Source: Peribolospora baueri | Taxonomy: Eukaryota | DNA length: 64,000 nucleotides | Direction of reading: 5' to 3' | NCBI GenBank assembly: GCA_029717555.1 | Contig: JAMDHS010000006.1 | Location: 248,001-312,000, forward strand | Shown: piece after piece, positions 61,042 to 64,000 of the stretch | Layout of the letters: each line of letters begins with the position of its first letter | How positions within the stretch are numbered: position 1 is the first letter of the stretch | Notes under the pieces: model-generated | Told to the model about the DNA's origin: nothing | Seen by the model: only the letters and a program-made list of their open reading frames with translations | The model's database searches: none | Made by a program: the position numbers and the translations under genes

Positions 61042-63550
61042 CCTGGAGCCAGCCGAGGCACGGCGCTCCTGAGCAGCGAAGGTCGGGGGCGACGGATGAG
61101 GACTCGGCTGAGCGCTGTCGTTTATCAGCGGGGGCGCAATCGTGTCGTCGGAACGAACTCTGTGCGAAAGTCACGTCGCTGCCCAGAGGCGGAGGAACAG
61201 CTGCAACAAGTCAATGCGCCGTCGACAAGCTGAGAGCTTTGACTCGCGGGACGCGAGAGGATAGGACGAGGGAGGCCGTTCCTAAAAAGATGAGTGTGCA
61301 AAGCGGAAAAGGGAGGGAGAGGGGGCGACCGATACGTTGAAGCGAAGGCGGGCGTGGTCGTATCAGGTGGGACACGGGGAGAGGATCAGTGGTGAGGACG
61401 AGAAGAAGTAAGAGCGGGAGAGTGGGCCCCAGGTCTACCCACCTCGAGAGAGCTCACGGGGAGAGTACGGCCGGGAGTAATGAGTGTAGAGCGATGAGGT
61501 AGGTGCAAAGTCGGTGCGCGTGTGGGGTAGACGACTGCGGGTGGTAGCAAAGGATGAGCGAAAGACAGGCGGGAGGGAGCGGGGAGGGATATGTGCTGCA
61601 GGGAGGCGAGGGGGACGAGGGTGATGGCCGGTGTGATGAAGGGGAGGGAGAAAGGAGGGAAGATAGAAAGAGAGGACGGCGCACGGCGCACGTTAGGGCA
61701 GGAGCGACGATGTGAGTGGGGGACAGGCAAACATGGACAAGGTCAACGTGAAGGTTGACGTTTGAGGCTGGGAGGACGGAAGATTGTGGCTGATGACCAG
61801 TTATTGGCCGGCCGGCGCCTCTCAATTTACATATGTGCCCGACTACTGTAACAGCACAGCCGACCAGAGTTGGGTATGGCGCCGTGCACGGCTGGAGAGG
61901 TCAACTGATCGCCATCGCCTATCGGCACCCGATTAAGTCATGCGCACAGGGACACACAAAGTCGTTCTGTTCTGGCCGAGCCGCCCGCCGCCCGGTCAAC
62001 CGAACAGGGTCGAGCGGGGCCACGCACGGGAAAGGACGATCGATTAGCTTGGGAATGCGGGTAAGCGGTGGCTACTACAACTGCAGATGAGGCCCATGAC
62101 GAGGAGCGAGGCGATGGCGGGATATGAGACAGACCAACGGCGGACGGCGGACGGTTCGCGACGGGTTATGCGAGTGGAAACGGACCGAACGGTGACGAGC
62201 GGAAATGCGGTCGCCGAGCGCCACTATGTGACCACCTAATCACAGTGATTACTTACTCGATCAGCATGTAAGCAAGGCTGAATGAGACGTCCTCCCAGTC
62301 GCTGCCAGCGAGCGGGCGAGACACGACGCCGGGGCTAACGAGACCAGCGGCGGGGCACGGTCGCGTGCGTAGGTTGGGTGGCGCCGCGTCGGCCATCGAC
62401 CCCACCCGCGGCGGTGAGACCGTGGAACGGCCCAGAGCGCCACGGAGAGCGACTGGGGCAAGACGGAGGGGATAAGGGCGGAAAGCAAGGCGAGCTGGGA
62501 CGGAGAGGTTGAGATGAGGTTGGTGAGGTTAGGCGGACCTGCCCATCTCGGCGTCGTTCCCACGGGCGCAGCTCATTCAGCCCGACTGCGGCAAGGCACG
62601 GATGCAGCGGCGGGGCGAGCGAGGGTCGCACAAGGAAGGGCCAGGGACTTAACCGGGTTAATAAGATAGCAAGCAGGACGAGTGGCAGCAAAATTAAGGA
62701 GAGTAATGGCGAGCGAAGGAAGGAGGGGTGTTCGAAATCAAGGCTCTAGTAGTACAACTCAAAACGCGCCCGGCCAAGCGTTCCACCTCATGAACGCTGA
62801 TCGGGTCAGCCAGCCGAGTCTGAAAGCGAAAAAAAAGGTCTCGCCTCGCCTTGCCTAGACCGGGTCGCCGGCGTGGAAAGGCGGTGCGACAGACGGCTTG
62901 GCGACAGGCAATCAAAGACGCCTGATGATGATCCGTGCGCGAGCGGCCACGGGCGTTATCCGACCTGGTACCGGCCCTTCCGTCCGTCCGACCGCACCGC
63001 ACCGTCGTATCGTGCCTGACGGACGGACGGACGGATGGACGGACGGACGGATGGACGGACGGACGGATGGACGGACGCACGTGCACGTTCCCGCACCCAA
63101 CCAAGTCTCTCCAAGTCAAACTCGGTGGAGAACAAAAAAAAAAGGAAGGAAGGAAGGAAAGAAAGAAAGAAAGAGACCACCTGTCGCACACACCTCGACA
63201 CGTCGAAGCGACTTGCGTGCGCGTCACTTCGTCTCCTCACGTCATCCACCGGCGTTGAAGCGACCGCCGCGGAACTTGATCGATCGAGTGCTGGCCGGTC
63301 CGGCGTGCGGAATAGATGGGAATTCACCGGTGGATATGTAGCGACGAGGCTGTGGACATATGTATGTATGTACATCCATGGCATGTAAAAAGTAAGTGGG
63401 CCGATCCGAACGTGCACGCCGCCCCCGCAAGCCTTTCCAAACAATATTCCTCCGATCATACGCGGGCCCTCCACACTGGCTCCTCGAACGGGCGGCCAAG
63501 TATGTCCCCCTCCCCTTCCGCCCCTCTTCGAAACATGTCATCTCGCTCGG

Positions 63551-63871
63551 TCAGGCCGGCAACAGGTCGGCGGGGAAGCCGTTGAAATCGGCCTGTTCTT
63601 GCACCGGCCCTGAAGACGCGGTGCTAAAAGCGATGCGCAAGCGGAGGCGGATACGGCTCTGAAACGACGACGACGACGAGAGAAATGAGAGGGACATGAT
63701 CAGGATAAGGTCAGCGACGGCGCGTGCAGCCTGTCCGAAAGCTAACGCTGAACCATGCTCCACGGCGTGATCACTCACTCCTGCCGGGGCCATGACTCTC
63801 ATCTGTTGACTCTCCGTTGCTCCTACCGAGACTGTGGGGTTGGAAATGGCCAGCATCTGCAACTTTTGACT
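63551..63871 (-). CDS. APL4: AP-1 adaptor gamma subunit, last two exons (GAE ear domain); the gene continues beyond the window
   Basis: Exons 63871-63779 and 63658-63551 give SQKLQMLAISNPTVSVGATESQQMRVMAPAG/SRIRLRLRIAFSTASSGPVQEQADFNGFPADLLPA*, the typical gamma-adaptin ear C-terminus. Confidence 0.85.
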   Translation of the reverse strand, partial: SQKLQMLAISNPTVSVGATESQQMRVMAPAGVSDHAVEHGSALAFGQAARAVADLILIMSLSFLSSSSSFQSRIRLRLRIAFSTASSGPVQEQADFNGFPADLLPA

Positions 63872-64000
63872 CTGTCCAATGGGACGACCGGCCAACGACG
63901 GGGCGAGAACAGAGGTTGGCATCAGTCTGTCAATGATCATACGATACGGGCTTGGCGGCCAACCGAACATCCTTTTTCCAGTCACAGCCGCAGCACCGAC

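Overview
This is GC-rich, intron-rich eukaryotic DNA with short GT-AG introns, GTGAGY/GTAAGT donors, CTRAC branch sites and abundant (GGAT)/(GGAC)/(GGAA) microsatellites. It looks like a basidiomycete fungal chromosome, and most six-frame ORFs are spurious shadows. I assembled about 18 spliced genes by hand: MAK10/NAA35, a C2H2 transcription factor, a secreted DPBB/expansin-like protein, a SIRT4-class sirtuin, a GMC oxidoreductase, an SDR, HSP20 with clear heat-shock elements, an FCY2-type NCS1 permease, an IFI27-like membrane protein, a GT4 glycosyltransferase, a GH47 mannosidase, a 77-aa secreted peptide, a PEX22-like protein, adenylate kinase, a small hydrophilic protein, a bHLH factor, a very large low-complexity protein with an SSUH2-like C-terminus, and the 3' end of AP-1 gamma-adaptin. 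Two accessory-looking blocks lack the host microsatellites. The first (~21.1-26.7 kb) holds an intronless, bacterial-looking NmrA pseudogene fused tail-to-tail to a truncated SDR. The second (~32.0-36.35 kb) is bounded by repeat arrays and holds the IFI27-like gene and a frameshifted, bacterial-type UbiA prenyltransferase/terpene cyclase. All family assignments come from motif recognition by eye; no searches were run.
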